Sequence record: NZ_CP022471.1
From: a plasmid
Length of the DNA: 45,197 nt
Strand: one strand, 5' to 3'
Below the pieces are notes generated by a model, which was not told the DNA's origin, made no database searches, and was given only the letters and a program-made list of their open reading frames with translations. The translations under genes and the position numbers were made by a program. Of this stretch, positions 10,492 to 18,055 are shown piece after piece (positions within the stretch are counted from its first letter, which is position 1; every line of letters begins with the position of its first letter).

Positions 10492-10513
10492 GTAAAAGGC
10501 AATTGCCTTTTAC
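10492..10513. terminator. Perfect 22-bp palindrome GTAAAAGGCAATTGCCTTTTAC between two convergent genes. Likely a bidirectional terminator.
   Basis: The hairpin is directly visible. It sits between the stop of the methyltransferase-helicase gene (10488) and the stop of the minus-strand GNAT gene (10510). Confidence 0.5.
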
Positions 10514-11214
10514 TTTAATAAATAAACAATCCAAACAGCCAATGCTATCAAAACAAAAGACATAAGCTTAATTCTTGCACGAAGGGTATCATTCTTGCTT
10601 TTTTCTTTATAGAAATCTTCTTTATAAATTTTTAATAACTTATCATTGCCTGCTTTTAGATATTGTAATTCTGCTAATTGATTACACATATCAAAAATAC
10701 GAACTTCTTGAATATAATCAAAATCTTTTCTTATTTTTAAATTACTAATGCTATTTATACTAAAACCTATATTATTTTCATTAAATACAAAACCTAAATT
10801 TTTATACAACTTATCCCTTCTTATATGATTTTCTAATTTTACTTCATCAACTGCACTTAATTTGCCACTAAGTCTTGCTGTTGGTATATAATTTAAAGCA
10901 ATTTCTAGCATTTTATTTATCACGAATGTTCCTATCCCTAAAGATCTATAATCCGAATGTAGCATTATAGAGGAATGAAAATTCCAACTATTAAAATCAT
11001 ATCGCAATATCCAATGGTTTCTATTTTTATTAGTATTTGGAATAACAGCTATTTCATTTTTCAAATATTGATAGTCTATAATTGCATATATTTCAACATA
11101 ATAAAATTTTTGATTTTCTTCAAATGCTTTTATTTCAAAATCCAATTTAAAACAAACCTCCTTTCCATTTCTTTTAGAAATATAAAATTTACTCGTATAA
11201 ATTTCTTGTTTCAT
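10510..11214 (-). CDS. GNAT-fold acetyltransferase domain with a C-terminal coiled coil and a transmembrane anchor.
   Basis: GNAT motif A RSLGIG (Q/RxxGxG/A) and motif B LYKNLGF. The C-terminus ends in a hydrophobic helix MSFVLIALAVWIVYLL. It lies immediately downstream of the relaxase gene on the same strand. Confidence 0.5.
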   Translation of the reverse strand: MKQEIYTSKFYISKRNGKEVCFKLDFEIKAFEENQKFYYVEIYAIIDYQYLKNEIAVIPNTNKNRNHWILRYDFNSWNFHSSIMLHSDYRSLGIGTFVINKMLEIALNYIPTARLSGKLSAVDEVKLENHIRRDKLYKNLGFVFNENNIGFSINSISNLKIRKDFDYIQEVRIFDMCNQLAELQYLKAGNDKLLKIYKEDFYKEKSKNDTLRARIKLMSFVLIALAVWIVYLLK

Positions 11215-11239
11215 TACATTTTTCCCTTTCTTTTATAAA

Positions 11240-12628
11240 TTATCCATTTCTTGTAATCTCGTTATTCCTAGCACTTGTCCATCGCAAGCTATTATCGGTT
11301 CGTCCTCGTTTTCCTTGTTGTAACTGATTGAGTGCATTGATGTGCAAAAGCATTTGAGTTCGTTTTGTGTTATGAACCATAGGCTGTTTGGACAATATTC
11401 GCATAGAGTTTCTTTCTTGGGCAGTTTCTCTTCGGATAGTTGATTTATTACCGAGCTCTTGTAAGACTCTCTGTCTATATTGTTTTGTATAATCTCTCTC
11501 ATTATTCACTCCTTTATCTTGTATAATTTTATATTTTTTTGTTGTTTTGGCTTTGTTGATCTGTTTTAAATCTTTCTCTCTACCTATTACTGATACTTCC
11601 CAAATAGGTTTTTTAAGTGTTTTAATAACTTCTTGCCATTTGTTATTAATTTTTGCCTTTCTTTTTATCTCATATTCTTCTTGCCCTACTATTTTAAATC
11701 TTGCATATTCACCCCTTAAAACTTTATTTTCTCTCACAACCCTTTCTAAATCTTGTCCCCAAATTGTAGTTATTCCTTTTTTGGTTTTATAACTCACATA
11801 ATAACTTTTTTTGGCATTTTTATCTGTGCTAAATTGATAGTTTGCTTCTCCGAAATCCATAACTTGATAATAATGCATTTTTATTTTTGGTGCTTGATTA
11901 ATCTCATTATTTGTATTTAATTTAACTGAAAATTCTTGATTTATTTCTACTTCTCTTTGCTTTTTATTTGTAGCCTTTGCTTCAATTCCCAACTCATTTA
12001 ATGCATTTGCAAATTCTGCTCTTAAATTTGCTAAATCTGCTTTTTTTGGATTAATTCTTTTGCCATTTTTATCCGCAACTTTCAAGCAAACATGGCAATG
12101 CGGATTATCAGTATCATTATGAAAAGCAACTACAAAAAAATTATTTGGATACATTCTTTTTAAAGTAGTAATTACAGCTTGTTGTAATTTTTCTTTTGGT
12201 GTTGTAGAATGTTCTTTCATGGAAAAAACCATATTAATGGTATGTCTTTTTTCTTTAGCACCTTCCTTATATAATGGAATAGGAGATCCTTCATTTTTGA
12301 AAATTCTTTTAACTTCTAAAATCTCATCTTCTCCAGCATATATATCAAAATCGTTTGTAATTAATTCTACATTTCCATCACGAGAAATATAATCAAGATG
12401 TTTTGAAAGTGCTTGAGAATTTTTAGAACCTGAAGTAATTTTTACAACGACTTCTGTATTTTTTCTAAACATATTTTTACTAACAAGCTTACCTGTTTTT
12501 ATATCTTTGGTGTATTTATCTTTATTTTTATTGATGTAATTTAGTGGTAGCTTTGAAGCATTTTCTATTTTAGTAAAAACTTTTTTAGCAATTATTTCAT
12601 CATCAAATATTCTTATACTACGCGACAT
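11240..12628 (-). CDS. Conjugative relaxase/nickase with a MobA/VirD2-like fold and the histidine triad HNDTDNPHCHV.
   Basis: Relaxase motif III FHNDTDNPHCHVCL. It sits downstream of a MobC-like gene and a candidate oriT. Confidence 0.75.
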   Translation of the reverse strand: MSRSIRIFDDEIIAKKVFTKIENASKLPLNYINKNKDKYTKDIKTGKLVSKNMFRKNTEVVVKITSGSKNSQALSKHLDYISRDGNVELITNDFDIYAGEDEILEVKRIFKNEGSPIPLYKEGAKEKRHTINMVFSMKEHSTTPKEKLQQAVITTLKRMYPNNFFVVAFHNDTDNPHCHVCLKVADKNGKRINPKKADLANLRAEFANALNELGIEAKATNKKQREVEINQEFSVKLNTNNEINQAPKIKMHYYQVMDFGEANYQFSTDKNAKKSYYVSYKTKKGITTIWGQDLERVVRENKVLRGEYARFKIVGQEEYEIKRKAKINNKWQEVIKTLKKPIWEVSVIGREKDLKQINKAKTTKKYKIIQDKGVNNERDYTKQYRQRVLQELGNKSTIRRETAQERNSMRILSKQPMVHNTKRTQMLLHINALNQLQQGKRGRTDNSLRWTSARNNEITRNG

Positions 12629-13185
12629 TAAATTCTTTCATTATTTTTTTCTATTATAGCCCCAAGCTGATCGGATAATATATCAATTTTATCTCTAATA
12701 TTATCCATAGTTTTATTTAAATTATTTTCATTTATTTTGACAGAATTTCCACTTCTAAGAATCTTCAATAATTGATATATATTTTTACCTATTGCATTGA
12801 TTTCTGTTCTTGTTTTTATAAACTCATCTATTTCTATATTAGTAAAAAGTTTTTCATTTTTTATGGAGTTTAATAGCAAAAATTTTGCTTGTTTTGTAAT
12901 ACTTGAAAATCCTGTATTTTTAGAAATTTCTTTTAAAATATTTACTTCATTTTCTGTAAGTTTTAGTTTGATTATTTTATTTTCATCACTTGTATAAAAT
13001 TTATTTTTAGATATTTCATCATTGATTTTATTCTTCTCATCTGTATCACAAGAATTAAACTTTTTTAATAAAATAGATATTATTTTACTATATGATGCGT
13101 TTGTTTCTGATTTTATATACTCTAAAATTATTTTATCATCTTTGCTAACTTTTATGACGCAATTATTGTTTTTATTCATTTGCAC
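12628..13185 (-). CDS. MobC-like relaxosome accessory protein.
   Basis: Placed between the candidate oriT and the relaxase. C-terminal IGKNIYQLLKILRSG resembles the conserved MobC segment. Its stop and the relaxase start are 1 nt apart. Confidence 0.45.
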   Translation of the reverse strand: MQMNKNNNCVIKVSKDDKIILEYIKSETNASYSKIISILLKKFNSCDTDEKNKINDEISKNKFYTSDENKIIKLKLTENEVNILKEISKNTGFSSITKQAKFLLLNSIKNEKLFTNIEIDEFIKTRTEINAIGKNIYQLLKILRSGNSVKINENNLNKTMDNIRDKIDILSDQLGAIIEKNNERI

Positions 13186-13372
13186 TTCCTTAGTGAGCCT
13201 CGCAGAGTTTTTGCCTTTTATTTTTTAAAAAGGTAACTTTTTGAGAAATAAAAGGCTATCCTGCAATTATTAAATTATTTCGATTAATCGCTATTCTACA
13301 TTATTAAGCTTTATAAAATATTAAGACTACTTTGTAATAATACATTTACATAAATATTATAAAGGAGATGTT
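13186..13372. promoter_or_regulatory. Candidate oriT and divergent promoter region. Contains the palindrome CGATTAATCG (13281..13290) and the inverted repeat GCCTTTT/AAAAGG.
   Basis: Intergenic region between the divergently transcribed mobC-relaxase genes and the Abi-like operon. AT-rich with short inverted repeats. Confidence 0.3.
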
Positions 13373-13654
13373 ATGTTTAAAGAAAGCAAATTGATAGAAG
13401 AATTAAAGCGTGAGTATGATGAAAAATTAAAAAAATTACTCCAAAAAGAAAAAGAAAATAAAGAGCGTATATATAAAAAATTTTCATCAGCACTATTTAA
13501 AGATTTTGAAATAAATGAAGATTTTAAAAATGAATTTAATTTATTGGTAGAAAAGTTTGATTGTAAAAACACTAAAAATATATTAGATAAAATAAATAAC
13601 TTATATGATTTTAATCATAGAAACGATAAAATAGATACTGCAAAAAAACAATAA
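13373..13654 (+). CDS. Small coiled-coil protein. First gene of a three-gene operon.
   Basis: RBS AAGGAGATGTTATG. 93 aa, highly charged. Confidence 0.45.
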   Translation: MFKESKLIEELKREYDEKLKKLLQKEKENKERIYKKFSSALFKDFEINEDFKNEFNLLVEKFDCKNTKNILDKINNLYDFNHRNDKIDTAKKQ

Positions 13655-13682
13655 AACAAAAATTTATCATAGGAGAATAAAA

Positions 13683-14294
13683 ATGGAAAAAGATTACAAA
13701 ATAAAAGTAACAGATGTAAGTGAACTTAATGAGCAATATAAAGAAGCTATACAAGAAGGAACTTATGAAGGTGAAGATGTAAATAAATTTTTTAATACAA
13801 TAAAAACTTTTGATGTTGCAGAAAGCTTACTAAAAAAAGATTTTTCAAATCAATATATTAAATTTGATATCATTACTGATAAAGAAAAAATACCATTAAA
13901 TATAAGACTTGGAGATAAAAATTTTCAAAAAGGTATTGAACATTTAATTAATATTGGTAGTTCCAAATTAATTAAAGAAAATATAAACCCTGAAATAAAA
14001 AAAGATCTTAATAATCGACTTGGAATTTATAAACCAAAAATATATGATGAAATGTTAGATGGAACTTTTAAAGCAATAAAAAATTTATCAGAAGTAGCCA
14101 ATAAAGATGTTGGTGTAATGATATTAGAATTTGCAAATTCTTATTCTGAAACTAGAGAAAAATTTGAAAAAAAGCAAATTAATAAAAGTTCATTTTTTAA
14201 AGAAAAAATGAATGAATTTTTCAAAAAAAAACTAAATAAAATTTTACCAGATAGAGAAATTAGCAACGAAAAAACATATTCTCGATCAAGGTAA
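13683..14294 (+). CDS. Hypothetical protein. Middle gene of the operon.
   Basis: RBS AGGAGAATAAAAATG. Its stop lies 3 nt before the next start. Confidence 0.5.
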   Translation: MEKDYKIKVTDVSELNEQYKEAIQEGTYEGEDVNKFFNTIKTFDVAESLLKKDFSNQYIKFDIITDKEKIPLNIRLGDKNFQKGIEHLINIGSSKLIKENINPEIKKDLNNRLGIYKPKIYDEMLDGTFKAIKNLSEVANKDVGVMILEFANSYSETREKFEKKQINKSSFFKEKMNEFFKKKLNKILPDREISNEKTYSRSR

Positions 14295-14297
14295 AAA

Positions 14298-14951
14298 ATG
14301 AATAATACAATAAATTTTAATGAACTATTTTCTCAAATAAGATTATCTTCTTATAATAATGATATTGTCAAGCACTATGATAATCTTAAGTGTGTTGGAA
14401 AAATTACTCCAAAACTTGCTACATTAGAAATTATTCTTAGAAATAAATTAGATAATAAATTATCAGAGAAAGATAATGATTGGATAAAAAACTCTAATGA
14501 TGAAAAGATTAAAAAATCCAAAGAAGAAATTGAGCATAGGGAAAAAAATAGAATTTTATCTCATCATCAATATCTTTCTCGTATAAGTTTAGGAACTATC
14601 ATTCATCTCATCAAAGAAAATAAATTACAAAACTCTATAATGGATTTAAAAAATATCAATTTTAGAAACTACAATCAATACAATAGAAATTTCTTTTTTG
14701 AAAATGGCATAAAATTACGCTTTAGAAATACGCATAAAGTTGATATTGTTCTTAGCTTATTACAAAATCTAAGAAATAGAAGTTATCATTGGGAAAATAT
14801 TTTAAAAACAACAGAAAAAAATGGCAAACATTACCCAAGATTAACAACAAAGATTAAAAACACACATATAGGAGTAGATCCGCAAAAAATAGATTTTTTC
14901 TTAAGTGATTTAATTAAAACTTTTAACGAAAAAATTTTGGAATATTGTTAA
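14298..14951 (+). CDS. HEPN-domain protein of the Abi2 (AbiD/AbiF-like) abortive infection family. Putative RNase.
   Basis: LLQNLRNRSYHWENIL matches the Abi_2/HEPN signature RNxxxH-x-E (Rx4H). It is tightly coupled to the upstream gene. Confidence 0.45.
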   Translation: MNNTINFNELFSQIRLSSYNNDIVKHYDNLKCVGKITPKLATLEIILRNKLDNKLSEKDNDWIKNSNDEKIKKSKEEIEHREKNRILSHHQYLSRISLGTIIHLIKENKLQNSIMDLKNINFRNYNQYNRNFFFENGIKLRFRNTHKVDIVLSLLQNLRNRSYHWENILKTTEKNGKHYPRLTTKIKNTHIGVDPQKIDFFLSDLIKTFNEKILEYC

Positions 14952-14963
14952 GATTAAAAAATG

Positions 14964-15011
14964 GGACACAAGGAGTCCCTCGAATTTAAAAGGTGGGCTA
15001 CTAGGAAGCCC
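14964..15011 (+). other. Two near-identical GC-rich hairpins, GGGACacaaggaGTCCC and GGGCTactaggaAGCCC. Each is followed by (T)GAATTT.
   Basis: Visible directly. These 5-bp GC stems carry similar 7-nt loops and stand out in a backbone of about 25% GC. They lie between the Abi-like operon and the primase gene. Confidence 0.5.
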
Positions 15012-15069
15012 TTTGAATTTCATTGTAATTATACTGACAAAACATTAAACAAAGTTAAAAGGATATACA

Positions 15070-16296
15070 ATGCCTCAAAAAAGAATTTATCTTTATGTTC
15101 CATTTAAAGACAAAGAAAAAGCAAAATCATTAGGGGCAATGTGGGATGATAAAGAAAAAAAATGGTTTGCTCCAAAAACCTTAGATAAAAATATTTTCTC
15201 ACAATGGCTTTATCCACACCAAAATAAAGAATTTTCATTTGATGAAAATGAAGTCTTAACAGCTTTTAAATCTGCTTTAGAAAATCAAGGTTTAATTATT
15301 GAAGGCTTACCTATCATGGATGGTAAAATTCATAGAGTAAAAACTACTAATGATAAAGGTAGAGAATTAAGCGGTGCCTATAACGGTTTTTTAGACGATT
15401 ATCCTGCAGGGTTTATGCAAAATTTTAAAACAGGCATTAAAGAAAATTGGAAAATGCCCATAGAAAAAAATCAAAGCAATAATATAAAAAATTCTCAAAA
15501 ATTACATGAGCAAATAAAAAAAGATCAAGAGCTTAGAGAAAAAGAGATTTTAACTTTGCAAGAAAAAACCGCTTTAAAACTTGAAAATGAGTATAATAAT
15601 GCAAGATGGGCTAATTCCAATCACGCTTATTTAAAGAAAAAAGGCTTTGATGAAAACTTTTATCTTAAACAAGACAACAAAGGTTCTTTACTTATTCCTT
15701 TAAAAGATGAGAATGGAAAATTATGGTCTGTGCAAAGAATATTTCCAAATGGAGATAAGATCATAGGAGTCATTAAAACTCAAGAAGAAAAAGATCAAGG
15801 CGTAGAATATCTTGCAAAAAAACAAGGTTGCTTTCATATAATAGGTGCAAAAAGCTTGGAACATTGCAAAGAATTTATTATAACAGAAGGCTTTGCTACT
15901 GCTGCAACTATATACAAGGCACTTAATAAGCCTGTGATAATGGGTGTTGATGCTGGAAATTTATCGAAAATTGTTGAAACCCTAAAAAACAAATTTCAAA
16001 ACACTCCTATTACCTTAATAGCCGATAATGATAAAAAAAGAGAATTGAAAGGTCTTTCTAATGTCGGAGTGGAAACTGCAAAAGAAATTCAACAAAAATT
16101 TTCAGATATTAAAGTTATTATTCCAAAAATCAGCAATCAAGAAGCAGAACAAGGAATAAGTGATTTCAATGATATTTTTTTAAATAAAGGGATTGATGAA
16201 GTCAAAAAACAATTAAATTTCATTGATTTTCATAATAAGCTTAAATCTTTTAAATCTATGGAAAAAACACAACCTGAAAAAGAGATAACTAGATAA
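15070..16296 (+). CDS. TraC-like conjugative DNA primase with an N-terminal DUF5710-like region and a Toprim domain.
   Basis: N-terminal YLYVPFKDKEKAKSLGAMWDDKEKKWF is typical of plasmid primases. The Toprim-like segment includes FIITEG and IADND. Confidence 0.75.
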   Translation: MPQKRIYLYVPFKDKEKAKSLGAMWDDKEKKWFAPKTLDKNIFSQWLYPHQNKEFSFDENEVLTAFKSALENQGLIIEGLPIMDGKIHRVKTTNDKGRELSGAYNGFLDDYPAGFMQNFKTGIKENWKMPIEKNQSNNIKNSQKLHEQIKKDQELREKEILTLQEKTALKLENEYNNARWANSNHAYLKKKGFDENFYLKQDNKGSLLIPLKDENGKLWSVQRIFPNGDKIIGVIKTQEEKDQGVEYLAKKQGCFHIIGAKSLEHCKEFIITEGFATAATIYKALNKPVIMGVDAGNLSKIVETLKNKFQNTPITLIADNDKKRELKGLSNVGVETAKEIQQKFSDIKVIIPKISNQEAEQGISDFNDIFLNKGIDEVKKQLNFIDFHNKLKSFKSMEKTQPEKEITR

Positions 16297-16403
16297 TAAT
16301 AGTTACTCTTTGTAATCATAATATATAAAAAATATTTTTTATATATTATTAGTTAATAATAGTGTATTATAATTACTATAAATATACAAAAAAAGGATTA
16401 AAA

Positions 16404-16667
16404 ATGAAAAATACAATCAAACTAGCTTTATTAGGTGCAGTTATTACTGGTGTTTTTTCTGCTTGCTCTTCAGAGCCAAAAACAGTGCAATATTACGAAG
16501 ATCCAAAAAATGCTACAGAATTAGAAGCTAAAATCAAAGAATGTGATAAAAATGCTAATTCTGCGAAAACTGACACAGAATGTGCAAATGCTTATAAGGC
16601 AAACTATTCTAAGTCATTTCAAAAGCCACGAGAAAGTGCTATGGAATTTTTTAAGAACAACAAATGA
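16404..16667 (+). CDS. Lipoprotein with the lipobox FSAC. Its last ~20 aa and its stop are duplicated from the 3' end of the virB5-like gene, so the gene is chimeric.
   Basis: ATG at 16404 with an AAGGA RBS. From 16606 the DNA is about 99% identical to 27392..27545. Confidence 0.5.
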   Translation: MKNTIKLALLGAVITGVFSACSSEPKTVQYYEDPKNATELEAKIKECDKNANSAKTDTECANAYKANYSKSFQKPRESAMEFFKNNK

Positions 16668-16759
16668 ATTTAGATCTTTTTCAAACTCTAGGTAAAAGCA
16701 TACAACAAATTGTTGATGCTATAAGACAAGTAGGCACAAATGATAAGGTTGCAGAACTT
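16606..16759 (+). repeat. 154-bp direct repeat, copy A. It duplicates the virB5 3' end and the virB6 5' end. Copy B is at 27392..27545.
   Basis: Direct sequence comparison shows 2 mismatches near the 5' end and identity elsewhere. Confidence 0.9.
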
Positions 16760-16762
16760 TAA
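16664..16762 (+). pseudogene. Truncated virB6 5' fragment (32 codons, MNLDLFQTLGKSIQQIVDAIRQVGTNDKVAEL) created by the duplication.
   Basis: Identical to the first 32 codons of the virB6 gene at 27450. It is followed by a stop and unrelated AT-rich DNA. Confidence 0.6.
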
Positions 16763-16888
16763 AAGTAAATAACTATTATATATTAAAAATTACTGATATA
16801 TAATAGTTATTTTTAGTAATTAATGTTATATGTTAAAGTGTAATACAAAAAGATTATATTACACAAATCTTGATAAAAGTTTTTATCA

Positions 16889-17146
16889 TTAAACCTTTTT
16901 TAAAATCTCTTTGTATTTTCTTAAACCTTTACAAGTATGAAATAAACCTGTGATTCCAATAATAAAAATCACAGACATTAAAAAACAATCTTGAAAGAAA
17001 ACAGCAATATTTTCATAAATGAAAAATTCAAAAACAAGAAATAAAAAACTTAAAAAAGTTACAATTAACATAATTGTTAAATCAAAATACAGCTTCTCTA
17101 AAGTGTTAAGTTTAGTATAATCTAAATATTTAATAATTTTACACAT
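16889..17146 (-). CDS. Small membrane protein with 2 transmembrane helices.
   Basis: On the minus strand, GAGGTAAAAGAATG gives a good RBS. The protein is hydrophobic. Confidence 0.35.
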   Translation of the reverse strand: MCKIIKYLDYTKLNTLEKLYFDLTIMLIVTFLSFLFLVFEFFIYENIAVFFQDCFLMSVIFIIGITGLFHTCKGLRKYKEILKKV

Positions 17147-17322
17147 TCTTTTACCTCTGCTTCTTATGCTTATTTTCTATTAAAACATTATATCATAATT
17201 TCTATTTCTATTAGCAACACTTTCTGTTTGGAGTTTTTTAAAATAAAAGTTCAAAAATTTTAATTTTTGATTTACCTTATTTAATATTATAGAATTTAAT
17301 GAATTTAAGAATTTAGGAATTA

Positions 17323-17609
17323 TTACATTTAAGTCAATTGTTTTTTTAAAGTTCTTATTTTCCATATATTCTTTTCGTAAAAATGTCAAAAATTATTACA
17401 TTTAAGTCAAAAATTATTACATTTAAGTCAATTTTATTTGAAAATAAGAGGAGTATTTAATAATTTTTGTTGACTTTAATGTAAGTGTATATTACATTTA
17501 AGTCAATTTTATTTGAAAAAATTCTAAAATTGCTACCTATTGACATAGATGTGATACTTTGGTATAATTTATTTCGAAGATTAAAATATTTGGTTACATT
17601 TAAGTCAAT
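17323..17609 (+). repeat. oriV-like iteron array. Five direct copies of TTACATTTAAGTCAA(T) start at 17323, 17396, 17417, 17492 and 17594. A degenerate inverted copy lies at 17470..17485.
   Basis: Exact 15-16-mers. Copies 3 and 4 share an extended 29-nt match ATTACATTTAAGTCAATTTTATTTGAAAA. The array sits immediately upstream of the rep operon. Confidence 0.65.
17540..17568 (+). promoter_or_regulatory. Consensus sigma70-type promoter TTGACA-N17-TATAAT inside the iteron array, oriented toward hicB-hicA-rep.
   Basis: TTGACA at 17540..17545, a 17-nt spacer and TATAAT at 17563..17568. The hicB ATG is 70 nt downstream. Confidence 0.5.
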
Positions 17610-17637
17610 CTTATCATTTTTTAATACAAGGAATTAG

Positions 17638-17856
17638 ATGCTATTAAATATTATTATTGAAAAAGATCAGGATGGATATTTTGCACGCATTCTAGAGCTT
17701 GAAGGTTGCGTTTCGCAAGGAAATACCTATGAAGAAACTTTAGCTAATATAAAAGAAGCTGGGGAGCTTTATTTAGAAAGCCTTGCAAATGAAGAAAAAA
17801 GAATTATTGAAAACAAAACAACTTCAATTATTCCAATGGTTTTAGCAAATGCCTGA
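17638..17856 (+). CDS. hicB: HicB-family antitoxin.
   Basis: About 70 aa with a HicB-like N-terminal fold (EKDQDGYFARILELEGCVSQGNTYEE). Overlaps the downstream hicA by 8 nt. Confidence 0.65.
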   Translation: MLLNIIIEKDQDGYFARILELEGCVSQGNTYEETLANIKEAGELYLESLANEEKRIIENKTTSIIPMVLANA

Positions 17857-18052
17857 ATTGCCTAGAATGACTGCAAAAGAAGCGGAAAAGCTTTTATTGC
17901 AAAATAATTTTTTGATTGATAGGCAAAAAGGCAGTCATAGAATCTATAAAAAAGGACTTTATAGAATGGTTATTCCTCATCATATTGGAGAAATATTGCA
18001 CCCTAAAATCATAAAACAACTATTTGAGATCATAGAAGTAGCAAAGGATTAA
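17849..18052 (+). CDS. hicA: HicA-family mRNA interferase toxin.
   Basis: DRQKGSHRIY and VIPHHIGEIL match the HicA (YcfA) core. 67 aa. Confidence 0.7.
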   Translation: MPELPRMTAKEAEKLLLQNNFLIDRQKGSHRIYKKGLYRMVIPHHIGEILHPKIIKQLFEIIEVAKD

Positions 18053-18055
18053 AAA

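Noticed and set aside
11233-11502. An 89-aa Cys-containing ORF overlaps the relaxase C-terminus in another frame on the minus strand.
   Set aside because: The relaxase frame shows the AT-rich third-position bias across this segment and continues without interruption. The overlapping ORF is probably a by-product of the locally higher GC content.
17180-17389. A 69-aa minus-strand ORF across the first iteron.
   Set aside because: It overlaps the iteron array and has no RBS. It looks like a chance ORF in AT-rich non-coding DNA.
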